A stretch of DNA of 64,000 nucleotides from Takakia lepidozioides (Eukaryota > Plantae > Bryophyta). The translations under genes were made by a program, and so were the position numbers. This document shows positions 39,591-50,460 of this stretch, one piece after another. Within the stretch, counting starts at the first letter, position 1, and every line of letters begins with the position of its first letter. A model generated the notes under the pieces. It was not told the DNA's origin, made no database searches, and was given only the letters and a program-made list of their open reading frames with translations. The stretch spans positions 11,160,001 through 11,224,000 of the forward strand of contig CM060734.1 in assembly GCA_030704615.1 (NCBI GenBank), given 5' to 3'.

Positions 39591-41217
39591 ACCATCATAA
39601 ATGATGGCAGTTATTAAACCTAAGCCTATACCATAACCCTAAAAGATACATTTCTATGGGATGTCATCCAGTGACAAAATGCCTCTCTTGGTAAAATGTG
39701 ATATTTCATCCATCATGGATGAAAAATCGGGAAGTTTTGCCCTAAGCAGGCCGACACACTTCACAACACTAAACTCGTGCTTCTGTGAACTTTGATGATG
39801 CGCCGTATAAACCTGCTCCCCTGCTGCTACATGGTACTCGTGATTGCTGGCTCTTGGGATGCGCATTGGTGGTTAAACAGATTCTTCTATGGCAGACGAC
39901 AAAGCCGTGATTGCTCTGATCAAGAACTCATGGTTCTTTATTTTGCAGCGGCGCTTTTACTCCTTGTTGGGAAGTACTATGTCCCTATTTATCTACAGAT
40001 TACATGTTGCTCTCTCTTTGTGTATGAGCCATTCTCTATCTGTGAACGCTTCTACTCTGATTGCGTTCTGTTGGAGACGATCTGTTGGACGCCATGGCGC
40101 AGGGCAGACCACAAACACTCAAGGTTTTTTGAGTTTACCATTGCTTGAATTGTGATCTGTACTTGCTTTAGAATTCAACACTGACATGGATAGCAACTGT
40201 GAAGACCTGCCATTTACCTGCTGCATCCTCACTAACACACATCGCTATGGGGTGGTTTTTGGGATGGGCACAGGTGAAGGTCTTCACTTGTCTTGATTTC
40301 TTGAAGCTTGCAGTTCCTGTTCTTGCAAGTGTGGATACTGTTGCTGCCTAAGCTGCTGATGCCATCTGCCGTTTCAAACTACCACCATGCCGCTTCAGAC
40401 CTGCTCCAAGAAGGCTCCAATGAGGATCTGCTTCTCTCCTTACCCTTGTTTATGGTTTTTTACAACCACATTTGCATATGTAGGAGTTTAGCTATGAAGG
40501 ATACAAGGATACAAAATAGCAGTTATTACTTTGACTGCCTTGATACTTGGCTCTGAAATGAGAACTCTTGGTATGACTCTGATGGATCAAAAGGATAGGC
40601 TTTGATAGATAACACACATTCTTCAAGGCCCTCATATCATTTTGGTTTCATGGCTTGATAACAAACAGGGGTTTATGAGCTGCTCTTTCACCTTGGCAGA
40701 ACTATTTTATGAGGCCTTAAAATACCATTCTAGGCCTATACCTGCTTAAGGGGGCTCTACCCTATTGTTTCTTCTTCCTTTTTAAGCATCTTGCTTATAT
40801 CTTGGTTCTAAAACATCATCTTCAAACCAAACCTGCAATCTGGTTTTTGAAATGAGTTTAAAATGGATTCTTGAGATGATGATATGTACTATGGTGCTTT
40901 CATGATATGAATGACCTGGAATCCCACCCTCCCGCCCTGTTTTTTCAGAGACCCTGAAATGTAATTGGGTATTCAAATGAGATTGTAAACATGAAAGAGA
41001 ATGTTAGATGGTGCCCTGTAAAGGGCTGTTTTGTCTTTCAATGACAATGACCTTAGCGGTCTTGTCCATGTCTTGACATGACATGTATATCTTCCCTCTC
41101 TTTTGTCCTGCTCACAAAAAAAAAAAAACCACTGAGGGAAAGAGGGGGTAGAAAAAGTTAATAAGAGAGAGGGAAGATACTTTTTGTCATGTCAAGACAA
41201 AGACAGGACCCCTAGGG

Positions 41218-42235
41218 AAGGGACCCCAAAGAGTTGGCCAGTTCCAGAGTTGGCTTTTGTGATCCCGGGAACGGACAGATCCAGTAGGGGGATCATTTTT
41301 GGTCCTAAGAGTGATATTGTCCCCTTTGTCACATAGCTTATAATAAAATGTTTTTAAGGGCCATGCAACAGCGATGGGCTCATTTTTGAATCTCTGGAAA
41401 CCATCTATAGCATCCTGAACAACGTAGGTGTTCAGCATCAGTGATGTTACCCCACTTCATCCACATCTCGATGGAGATGGGTGCTAAGAGGTTGATGTTG
41501 GCTTGCGGGTGCCACATCATGTGCTCGTTGTTGGCCACGTCTAGCTCAACGGAGCGAGGGGGTGTCCAAGGGACAAATTGCTGATTCCCCGGGGTAGCGC
41601 CTGCTACCCTGTCTTGTTCCACCTGTGACATTTCCACATGCTCACAGAAATCCTTCACTGCATCAATTTCATGTTTGGGAAGACACATGTGACTTAGAAG
41701 CGGGTGATTGGTGACGGAGGGGGTAAAATCCAGCTCAGCATTGGAGGACGATTTCTGGGTATAAGGGGCCTGTTCGTCTTCAGGGTTAGCCAGACGTAGT
41801 GCAGCCTCCATCTTATCTCCTTTAAGACCACATTCCGAGAGTTCTTTGGTATCCTCTTCAAGGATAGTAGGCATTCGTTCATGATAGTCAATCAGCCTGA
41901 TCATGTACTTGCCATTTTTATTTGCAGATAGGGACAGCTTAATCCAGTCCTCTAGGGCCAAAGTCTCAAGCAACAGGATTGGATTGTCATCACCTGAATC
42001 AATAGCTGTTGAGTCCAATGCTTGCACTTTAGCATGGAAGTCCGTTGGCTTTGTTTGTGCCAACACAGCCTGAATAGCAGGGATTGGAGGGGGCAACGGT
42101 GGCTGATATCCCATGGCCTGCAGCTCAGCAATCCATCCCGGAGTCTGTTTGGTGGAACTCTGCACATAAACTGGAAATTTAGCCTGGTGACCAAGGGATA
42201 GTGTATGCAGAAACCACTAAGCATACTGGACAGTA
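41218..42235 (-). pseudogene. Inserted coding fragment, possibly the N-terminal half of a Ulp1-like (C48) protease
   Basis: 261-aa ORF continuing by frameshift into LKTFYYKL (compare Ulp1 NTFFYxKL); flanked by a perfect 52-bp direct repeat. No catalytic triad seen. Confidence 0.35.
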
Positions 42236-44662
42236 AGAGAGGGAAGATACTTTTTGTCATGTCAAGACAAAGACAGGACCCCTAGGGTTGTTGTCATGAA
42301 AGAATAAATAGACATATCAGCCACTTAACAGTGGCATCATCCATCAATCATCAAGCTTAGAAAATCCAGAATTACATCCATGCACAGTAATGTGTTCATG
42401 TCAGTATGATTCATAATCCAGAGAGTATGCCATTGATGCTGATTGACCACTAGTCAAGATCATGATACACTTACATAGGTCTGGGTGGGATGGCGGGTAC
42501 TTGGCCATATTTTGGCCTTGATGTGGTGCAGGTCACATAGTCATACAGATTTACTGTCTGCAAGCTGTAATCCAAGCATACTTACTAAAACCCCATGGGT
42601 GTCATGGAGGGTTTTCTTAAAAAAGAAAGGAACACTTGGATATCACAGATTTAAATACCTTGCCTTGCCAGTATTTGTTGAGACTGGTGTGCAGTACAGC
42701 TTGCCCCCACAGGGGATGTGGATATGTCTGGTAAGTTTTCCAGAACACCCCTATACCTTTATTTCTTGCTACAGCTGAAAATCAAAGCTCATGACAAAAC
42801 AAGGTAAATATAAAGGATTGCATACACATCCTGTGACAGTATACGGTACTGTCAGTACACCCTTCACATCATTCCACATTTGACCATGTCATTACACCAT
42901 GTCCAGGGGGTATTTCCACTTGACCACCCTGGCTGCCTCAAAAACCAGTTACCATTTATATTACTGCCATATTTCAGTGTCAGCCAAATAGCCACAGGCA
43001 AAAACTTCACCATACCCTGGCCTAAGCATCTAGCCAATCAAAGCCATCTGGGTTGGAACATAACAGGGGTCTTTTAAACAGAGGTACTCGAGTAGCTGCA
43101 GCAAACAGTTCCTTGCAGCCTCTCAATTTGTTTCCAACTACCATAAGGTAAGCAAAGCAAACTAGGGCCTGGAAAACAGATGTGTGTCTCTCACACAAGC
43201 CATCATAAACCCGGCTGTCACATCATAATAGAGTCTTTCCACTGGCTCGGCCGAACTAGCCCATCGTAGAAAGCATTACACTTGTTCTTCAAAAATCAAG
43301 GAAGGAAAGAGGCAGGATCAAGAAAAACCATAGAGTAGTTTAGTTTTTCAACATTTTAGGATGAGTCCCTGGCAAACGATTCCTTCCCTTGCTCTGCAAT
43401 CCCACTTGGCATCCAGTAGCACCTAGACATCAGAATATTAAGTGGAAGCCCTCACATGTGCCCGTCCCAAAAACAACCACAACGCATTGTGAGTTAGTGA
43501 GGATGCACGAGGTGAGTAACATGCTTCTACACTTGCTATCGATGTCAAATACACTTCAATCTAAGCGCAGAGAATGCCAAAGGAAACAAGGAAGCAAAAT
43601 CAACAGAAAAATAACCTTTTTTTTACTGTTTGGGGGAGAGTCGCCATCTCTCCACAAGCCTAACCGTGCAGGGAGGACTCCGCCATCACCACAACACTGC
43701 TACCTTAACCAAAGCAAGATCTTGTCAAGCACAAGAAAAAAAGAGCTTGGTTTCAAAAGGTAGGGTTTATAAAGGGAGGGAGAGAGACTTCCTTGTGCCG
43801 CCATTCATCAAAGATCCAGAGGAGGGCTACTAGGGAAACGTCCTAGGCATGCAGGTGGTGCCTCCGCCATCACTGCCGCGGTTCCCTTGTGCAGCAAAAA
43901 AACAGACAATTGAGACAAGGAATCTTCCCTCATCACTAAGCCACCGCCATCGCCTTAAAGAGCTCGCCCAGGCGTCGCTCACAGGAGCCATAAACACTCA
44001 ACGATTGGCAGCTCAAGGTATCTGCAGCACGAGCACCATTGCTCCTCACAAGCCGCCATCGCGCGCGCTCTCGCAGCGCAAAAAGAAAGACATTAGGGTT
44101 GTGCAAGGTTTTCCCCTGCCTGGCCCGTCATCCATCATTCTCAGGATGAAAAACATCCGCTAGTCTGTCCGTCCGACGGACGTTGTCCGTTTCTCATTCG
44201 TGGAAGATGAAAGACATCGTGCTTTCATCCTGTCTTCCACTTCAACGGATGTAGTCCGTATTTCATCTAGGTTAGATGAAAAACATGGGGGATTTTTTAT
44301 ATAAAAAAAAACTGTTTTGCCCTGTATTTAGGTCCTGTCAGATGAAGTTTTTTTTTCATCCAGGTTGGATTGAAAAAGTAGAAACTGACGGGAATTTCAC
44401 AGTTTTTTAGTGAAGAAATATTTCACTAAAAATATAGTTTTTCTTTAAAAAAAAATGGATAAAGAACATCCAAAATTCCCTGCAACCCAATTTTGCAATT
44501 TTTTTCAATTTCCTCAAGGATGGAAGTCGGGACAACAATTCCATAAGCCCAGTGTCCAGAGAGAGAGAGAGGGAGACAAAGGGAGACAAAGAGGGAGACA
44601 GAGAGAGAGAGAGGGGCAACAATGAAAAAAATGGGTGGGGGGGAGGGGGGGTGACGGGTGAC

Positions 44663-44728
44663 TATCTGCGCATTAACAGATGTTGTGGCTTCGTCCAGCA
44701 CCAGAATGCGACTATGCTTTAAAAGGGC
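44663..44728 (-). pseudogene. 66-bp captured fragment of an ABCC/MRP transporter NBD (Walker B)
   Basis: Translates ALLKHSRILVLDEATTSVNAQI; replaces the hairpin centre seen intact at 32570-32620. Confidence 0.8.
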
Positions 44729-45687
44729 CACCTTCCCTTTTTTTTTTGTTTCCTGATCTGTCCCTCTCTCTCCCTCTGTCCCCCCCCCCCTCTCTCTCTC
44801 TCTCTCCTCTCTTTTGTGCTGCTCACAAAAACAAAACCCACAGAGGGAGAGAGGGGGTAGAAAAAGTTAAAAAGAGAGAGGGAAAATATTCATGTCATGT
44901 CAAGACATGGATAAGACCCACTAGGGTCATTGTCAATTAAAGACATAAACAACCCAAAACAGGGCACCATCTAACATTTCCATTCTTGTCATAGCTACCC
45001 ATGAATTGACATCACCCAATCAGTCATGATAAAAACAGGGTGGGAGGGCGAGGTTTGTTCATGTAGGGGATGCAAGCATCTTGAACACCCAAGATCCGGC
45101 CATCTTGGCCAATGAATCATTTGTTCATGTGTGGGACAAGATAAGATATTGTTGTCCCTGAGCAGGCTGCAAGGCCTCTTGGTTCAGCCTGTACATATAC
45201 CAGCAGCTTACCATTTCAGCCATTAATTATGGTAGGTCATGCATCAGCCAAGGCATAAGGACCAGCCTGCAGTTTGTCAGAATCTGGTTCAGAACTTCTC
45301 ATTGGTTCTGCACCCATTCTGACAGCCATGCTATGAATGCAATGTCTGGGCCCACGTGCCTGGAAACATTACATATCCCAGATTTTCCGGCTTAGCCGGC
45401 TTAGCCGTCTTTTGCACTGGGTGTGGGCAGGCACATAACTGTTTCACATCTGTTTTAGCAACTGTTTACACAACTGTTCTTCAAGGACCCTTTAACTGCT
45501 GTCATGTATTGATGAAAGATATCCACGAGAGTCGTGGGCCTCTCCACTTTCGAGCTCCGTCTACCTTGGAATTAGTCGTCCTCCACCATGGGTTTGACTG
45601 AAGTTTTACTCTACGGAGAAGCCTGTCCCTTTCTCGAAGGATGTTGATTCCAATGGTTACGCAATTGCGTAGGAGCATCTCCTGGCA

Positions 45688-48600
45688 ATGCGTTTCGAGT
45701 ACCAGATTGACACTGTTTTCCTCGAAAAAGAGGTCTACGATGTGCATGGGAAGTTCATCAAGTACTCATTTCAGAAACCAGATGATAATTCTCTTGTGAG
45801 TCAGTGGAGAGTGCCTCCAGGAAGATACAGGGTCGTCGGAGCTCCTCGGCGGCAGTCCAGTGGTTCGTATGTCTCCCCGGGAACAGCTGGTTCTGTTGCT
45901 CAAGAGAAAAGGAATATCGTCGTGAAGACGGAGACCACTACTTCCACCCCAATAGTTGAGCTCTCAGACTCCTCCTCCGAGGACATTCCCAGCATCCCAA
46001 TTTATGTGCAAACACCGCCTATCGTCAAACCGGAAGTGACACACCTCATCAGTGTCATTCCTAAACTGAAGTCAATGGGAGGAATGCCCAGTTTCCAGAG
46101 TGAATTGCGGGGGATTGACTGGGAGACAGTACCTATTGAGTGTGTGGAGTTCCTGCCGAATGCTTATGATGGGGAAGTCGTCTTCGAGCTACCTCCACCT
46201 GGGCAGGATGGACCCGTCACTAGCCTCATGCAGGGAATGGACAAGAGAGGAGATGGACACCCGTGGTGCAGAACAAAGACATCCAATATTCAAAATCATG
46301 ACAACCTCGTCTTCCGGAGAAGCCTGTGCAATGGGCACCTCATGTGCGAGAATATGAATTGTAGGCATTTCCAACGGTTCAAGGTTCACAACCAGTGCGA
46401 GTGGGAGGGTGTCACCAAAAATCCATTCAATCCCGGTGAGGCACCTCCAAGTTCCAACACTTTCGTTTGCAAGTTCTGCAAACAAGCGCCTTCCTGTCTG
46501 GCAGTGTGTGCAGCACGCAAGTACTATGTTGTTCACCGTTTGAAAAACATGACTAGAGCCTGTGTACATTTCGGATTCCACAACCATCCTGTGGCGAAGG
46601 GGGATTGCAGGGAGAGTATTCAAACAGTGTCCAAGTTGATAAGACGGGAGTATGAGAGCAATCCAACAGCCACCACCTCCGCAATTGTGCTTGGAGCAAG
46701 CAAGAGTTTCCTGGAAAGCCATATTCTGAGTGTAGGGGACTCTGTGGGCAGGAAGCTGGACGGGCATGCCTTGGACAATGTTATGGATCACTTCTCAACC
46801 TTGAGCTCACCGAACATTAGAAACTAGGTGAATGCATTGAGGATGGGCTCTGCAAACAGAGGGTATATTGATAACATTTTGGAATTGAAATCTCGGAGCA
46901 TGTACGACTACATTCAAGACAGCGTGTTCCCAGGTCAAGGATCCAACAAAGTGTACAATTTCAAAATGTCGACAGCAGAGGAGGGTAGCGGAGTGAGCCT
47001 TGTCAAGCGCATGCAAAAAGATGGCGATCTGCAGAACTGTTTCCTTATGTTTGATCACGTCAAACGAGTGAAAGACTGGACAACAATGGCGTGCCATGTT
47101 TATGATCCTTTCTACCAGCGAGTCATGTCTATTGCAATGTGTGACATGCAATCGGAGGATGCGGAGTCGCAGCAGCTTATGTGGAGATGTCTCATTCGCG
47201 TGATGGCATCCCAGGGTGTCCCATCCCCAAATTTCACTGGTTTTAGGCCGACAGTGCTCAAGCGAATTTCAATACTGTTCGCATTGTGTTCAGCTCAAGA
47301 GATCCAAAAGTGCCAATGCCAGGAAGAGAGCGGACATGTCTTTTCCATTGGACGCAGTCCCTTGAGAAACATCCCAAGGCAGACATCAGACCGGACATGC
47401 GGGCGATTCATCTTAAACTATGCAAACAGTACAAAGATGCCAAAAGCATGGCGGAGGCGAATACTTTGTTCCAGTCGATTCGTGCCTGGTGGTTCTCATC
47501 TGGGGCTGTATCAGAAGACAGTATGAGAGCGCTAGAAGACTGGCTAGCATTTTGGCACTTTCGGTACAGACAATGGGGAGCATTCATGACAACGGTACCT
47601 GAATTTCAGATCATGTATTCTCATTGGCTTTGTATGCATTTCCAATCATGTCTGTTGTCATGGGGTGTACCTGTCTGTCCTGATGTGTGTTTTCCCTTTT
47701 CTGCAACACTTGTCAATTGAGGAGATGGCAGACATGCCCTCTTGCAATCTAGCGGAGACAGTGCACAATGCATGGTTGCAGCAGTCTGGAAAGCGGGGGC
47801 GGGATTTGTATCTGGTGACGGCAGATGATCTCATCCGAGCTCTGCAGCAACAAACGAGATATCGCGATTTCTTGAGGGGTGGCGTTGGTGGCAAAGGCCC
47901 TGACAAGTCTGAGTTGATGTTGCGAGCTGCAAAAAGATCGGGGGATCCAAACAAGATTGCCAGAGCTGTCAGCATGTGTGCAGAGGGAACTCCTTTGGTG
48001 TCCAGAGTTCCCCATCTGGAGGGCGAGGAGAGATTCGGGTCCTGTAAACAGAAATTGAACACCCCTCCTGGATCGGATGCAGACTCGCACAAGGCGGACA
48101 GGGACAACTTCTCCATTCCGCGTGTTCCATTACATGAGAGGTTCGTCTATGGAATATCCAGTGTGGAACAATGTTTCTCACAAAGTACGCCAGTATCTCC
48201 CACTCTCAATGAGTCGAACTTGCTCTCGCCTGTGGTGGAGTCCACCTGCTCCGACAAAGTGTGGCATATAGAACGCACGAGAGCTGGTCTCGAGTGAAGT
48301 GCTCTGCAATCAGAGCCATCAATCGTGAGAAGTGCAAGTCCTTCATATCCAGAGGCAGTGCCTGCACTCCAGCACCGACCTTCAACGGTTTGTTCCAGCC
48401 TTATGGGCACCAGAGGCGAAAAACCATAAATTCTGGTTCTGCGCTGACGACTGTGGTAGGTGCGTGCGTGGGACCGTGCGACCATCAGTGGTCATGAAGC
48501 CTCCTCCACCAACCGTTTGGCCAGTCAAGGTGGGGACACATCTCACAAGTCAGGAGATTGCAATGTTGGAGGAGGCAGGGTTCTCCCTTTAGCGAGAAGC

Positions 48601-49072
48601 CTCTGTGCGTGCAAGTGCTTCCACTTCAAGAAGTTCTAGAGTGCCACCAGCCAACCCAGATGCATGGCCAACAAAAAGAAATGGGAAGGTAGTACGTCGT
48701 TTCCCTCCAACTGCCGAGCACTTCGGCAAGGTGGAATCCGCTCGAATGCTTCTAGGACGTGTTGCAGGCACTACGGAAGTTGCAGATCCCGGGTATGGTC
48801 GGATCTACACTATGATGACCTCTACATTTTCTATCCATGACAAATTCTACGACATCACAGTTTCAAATTTCCCCAACTGCACCTGTCCTGATTTTGTTGG
48901 CATGCTTTCAACAAGTTTGGGAAAGAGAGGCAAATTTGTATCCTGCAAGCATCTTTATTTTATCTTCTTGAACATAATGATTTGTGATCCCAAACGCGAC
49001 ATCTTCATTCACCAGGCCACCATGAGTTTCAACGAGGTGAATACACTTATGCAGCGGGATAAAAGCACATAG
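45688..49072 (+). pseudogene. Mutator-like (MULE) transposase: GCM-like zinc domain, DDE core, SWIM; disrupted
   Basis: CNGHLMCENMNC...CKFC...C...HFGFHNHP; MFDHVKR, GF(M)ADSAQAN, CLFH, NLAETVH; CTCPDF...CKHLYF. Stops at 46825 and 48590, frameshifts near 47247, 48290 and 48420, intron ~47596-47709 with acceptor AG changed to AA. Confidence 0.8.
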
Positions 49073-49269
49073 GAAGAAGCTGACTTTCGTCCAATTCAAT
49101 TTCCACAACTGATGAATGTGTGCCATTTTAATAGTGTGATCAATGCAACATAAATGGGATGGATAAGCATGCATGGATTTGTTTCCGGTTTCCCATTTCC
49201 GGTGTTTTCGTATTCTAATTACCCTGAATGAATGCCACGGCAATAGGTGCCTCGGCTATAGGCGCTACA

Positions 49270-49537
49270 TGTTTCTGTTGACATGGCGTCCGCCATGTTG
49301 GCCGAATCCCACGTGGACACGTGGACTTCCACGTAGGCATGATGACTGCCACATCACGTTGTTCACTGCCATGTCAGCACGCTCACGCCACATCACCCTC
49401 ACGCTCACGCCACGTCAGCGTGAGCCGACGCTCACGCCACATGAGCTGTTGGTCCCCTACGCTCACGCCATGTCAGCATAGCGTGAGCGCACACTCACGC
49501 AGTAGCGTCGTTGGCACAAGTCTAGTGCCACCCTAGT
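49270..49537. repeat. Cluster of CTCACGCCAC/ACGTG motifs ending in hairpin plus CTAG|T (probable element end)
   Basis: Repeated gctcacgccac(a/g)tca and gcgtgagc; TGGCAC-aagtcta-GTGCCA at 49512-49530, then CTAG at 49533-49536. Confidence 0.6.
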
Positions 49538-49649
49538 TTCCCGTCTACGAGATAAAGGATGATATGCAACTTTCCTAAAGTACGTTCCATCTGGCGCCAT
49601 ATTCAAGCGAGGAAAGTCTGCTTAGAAAAAATGGATTGAAGGCTCCCTC

Positions 49650-50460
49650 AATGTGATGTCTCCTCCTCCGCTCCCCTCCTGCTTTCAGTTTCCTCTTTCT
49701 TTGCTCTTTGCATGCTCCCGCTCCCCTGCCCTCCATTTTCTCCTCTGCTTCCAAGGAATCTCAATATCCCTGTTCCCCTATTTTGTGTTGAACCCATATA
49801 TGCCCCTGCCCTCCATGTACTGTTTTCTAATTTCGTCTACGGCTCCCATGCAATTTGTCCCCTACTTTATGCTCCCCTCCCTAATCCTCATCCTTGCCTC
49901 TTCCCCTTTATGGGCATTCCTTCATTTACAGCCACCTTTGCTCCCCATCATCCCCTGTTTGTTTCCTGCTAGCTCTTGCTCCCCTCTTCCACCCCCTCCC
50001 TTTGTGTGTTGTCATTTTCCTAGTCACCCGCTCCCCTGCCCTGCTTGTATTTCAATCCCCTCCTTTATGCTCCCCTCCCTCTAGCCTTTATTGTCTGCTT
50101 CCATTTCCCCATCTTGCCCTCCCTCCCTTATGTTTGTTTTCTATCATGGCTGTCCCCAGGAAGGCAGCTGTCAAGCCTTCTCCCCTTCTCTCTTACATTC
50201 TTCTTATGTGACATCTTGCTCCCCTGCTCCCCCCCCCCCCCCCCCCCCCCCCTTGTATTATTTTTGTTTTGTTTTATCCTTTGTCTCCCCATGATGGTTG
50301 TTGTCCCCTCCATATACAAGTCGTACTTGCCCCCTCACTGTTCCCTTGCTTGTCTGCTCCTCTCCGTTTCGTCCCCTGCTAATGCTATACATGCTCCCCT
50401 CTTGCATCCCTTGTCCCCTGCCATGCCAACCATGTTCTCACTTTCATCCTGTTTGGTTGT
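49650..50460. repeat. Pyrimidine-rich low-complexity tract (TGCTCCCC-like motifs)
   Basis: Strong C/T bias with recurring gctcccc(t); the ORFs here are compositional artefacts. Confidence 0.7.

Larger units (their letters stand above)
37032..43864. repeat. Long inverted repeat, arms 37032-38675 and 42236-43864, ~3.5-kb spacer
   Basis: Arms are collinear reverse complements, e.g. ccctcctctggatctttgatgaatggcggc vs gccgccattcatcaaagatccagaggaggg. Confidence 0.92.
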
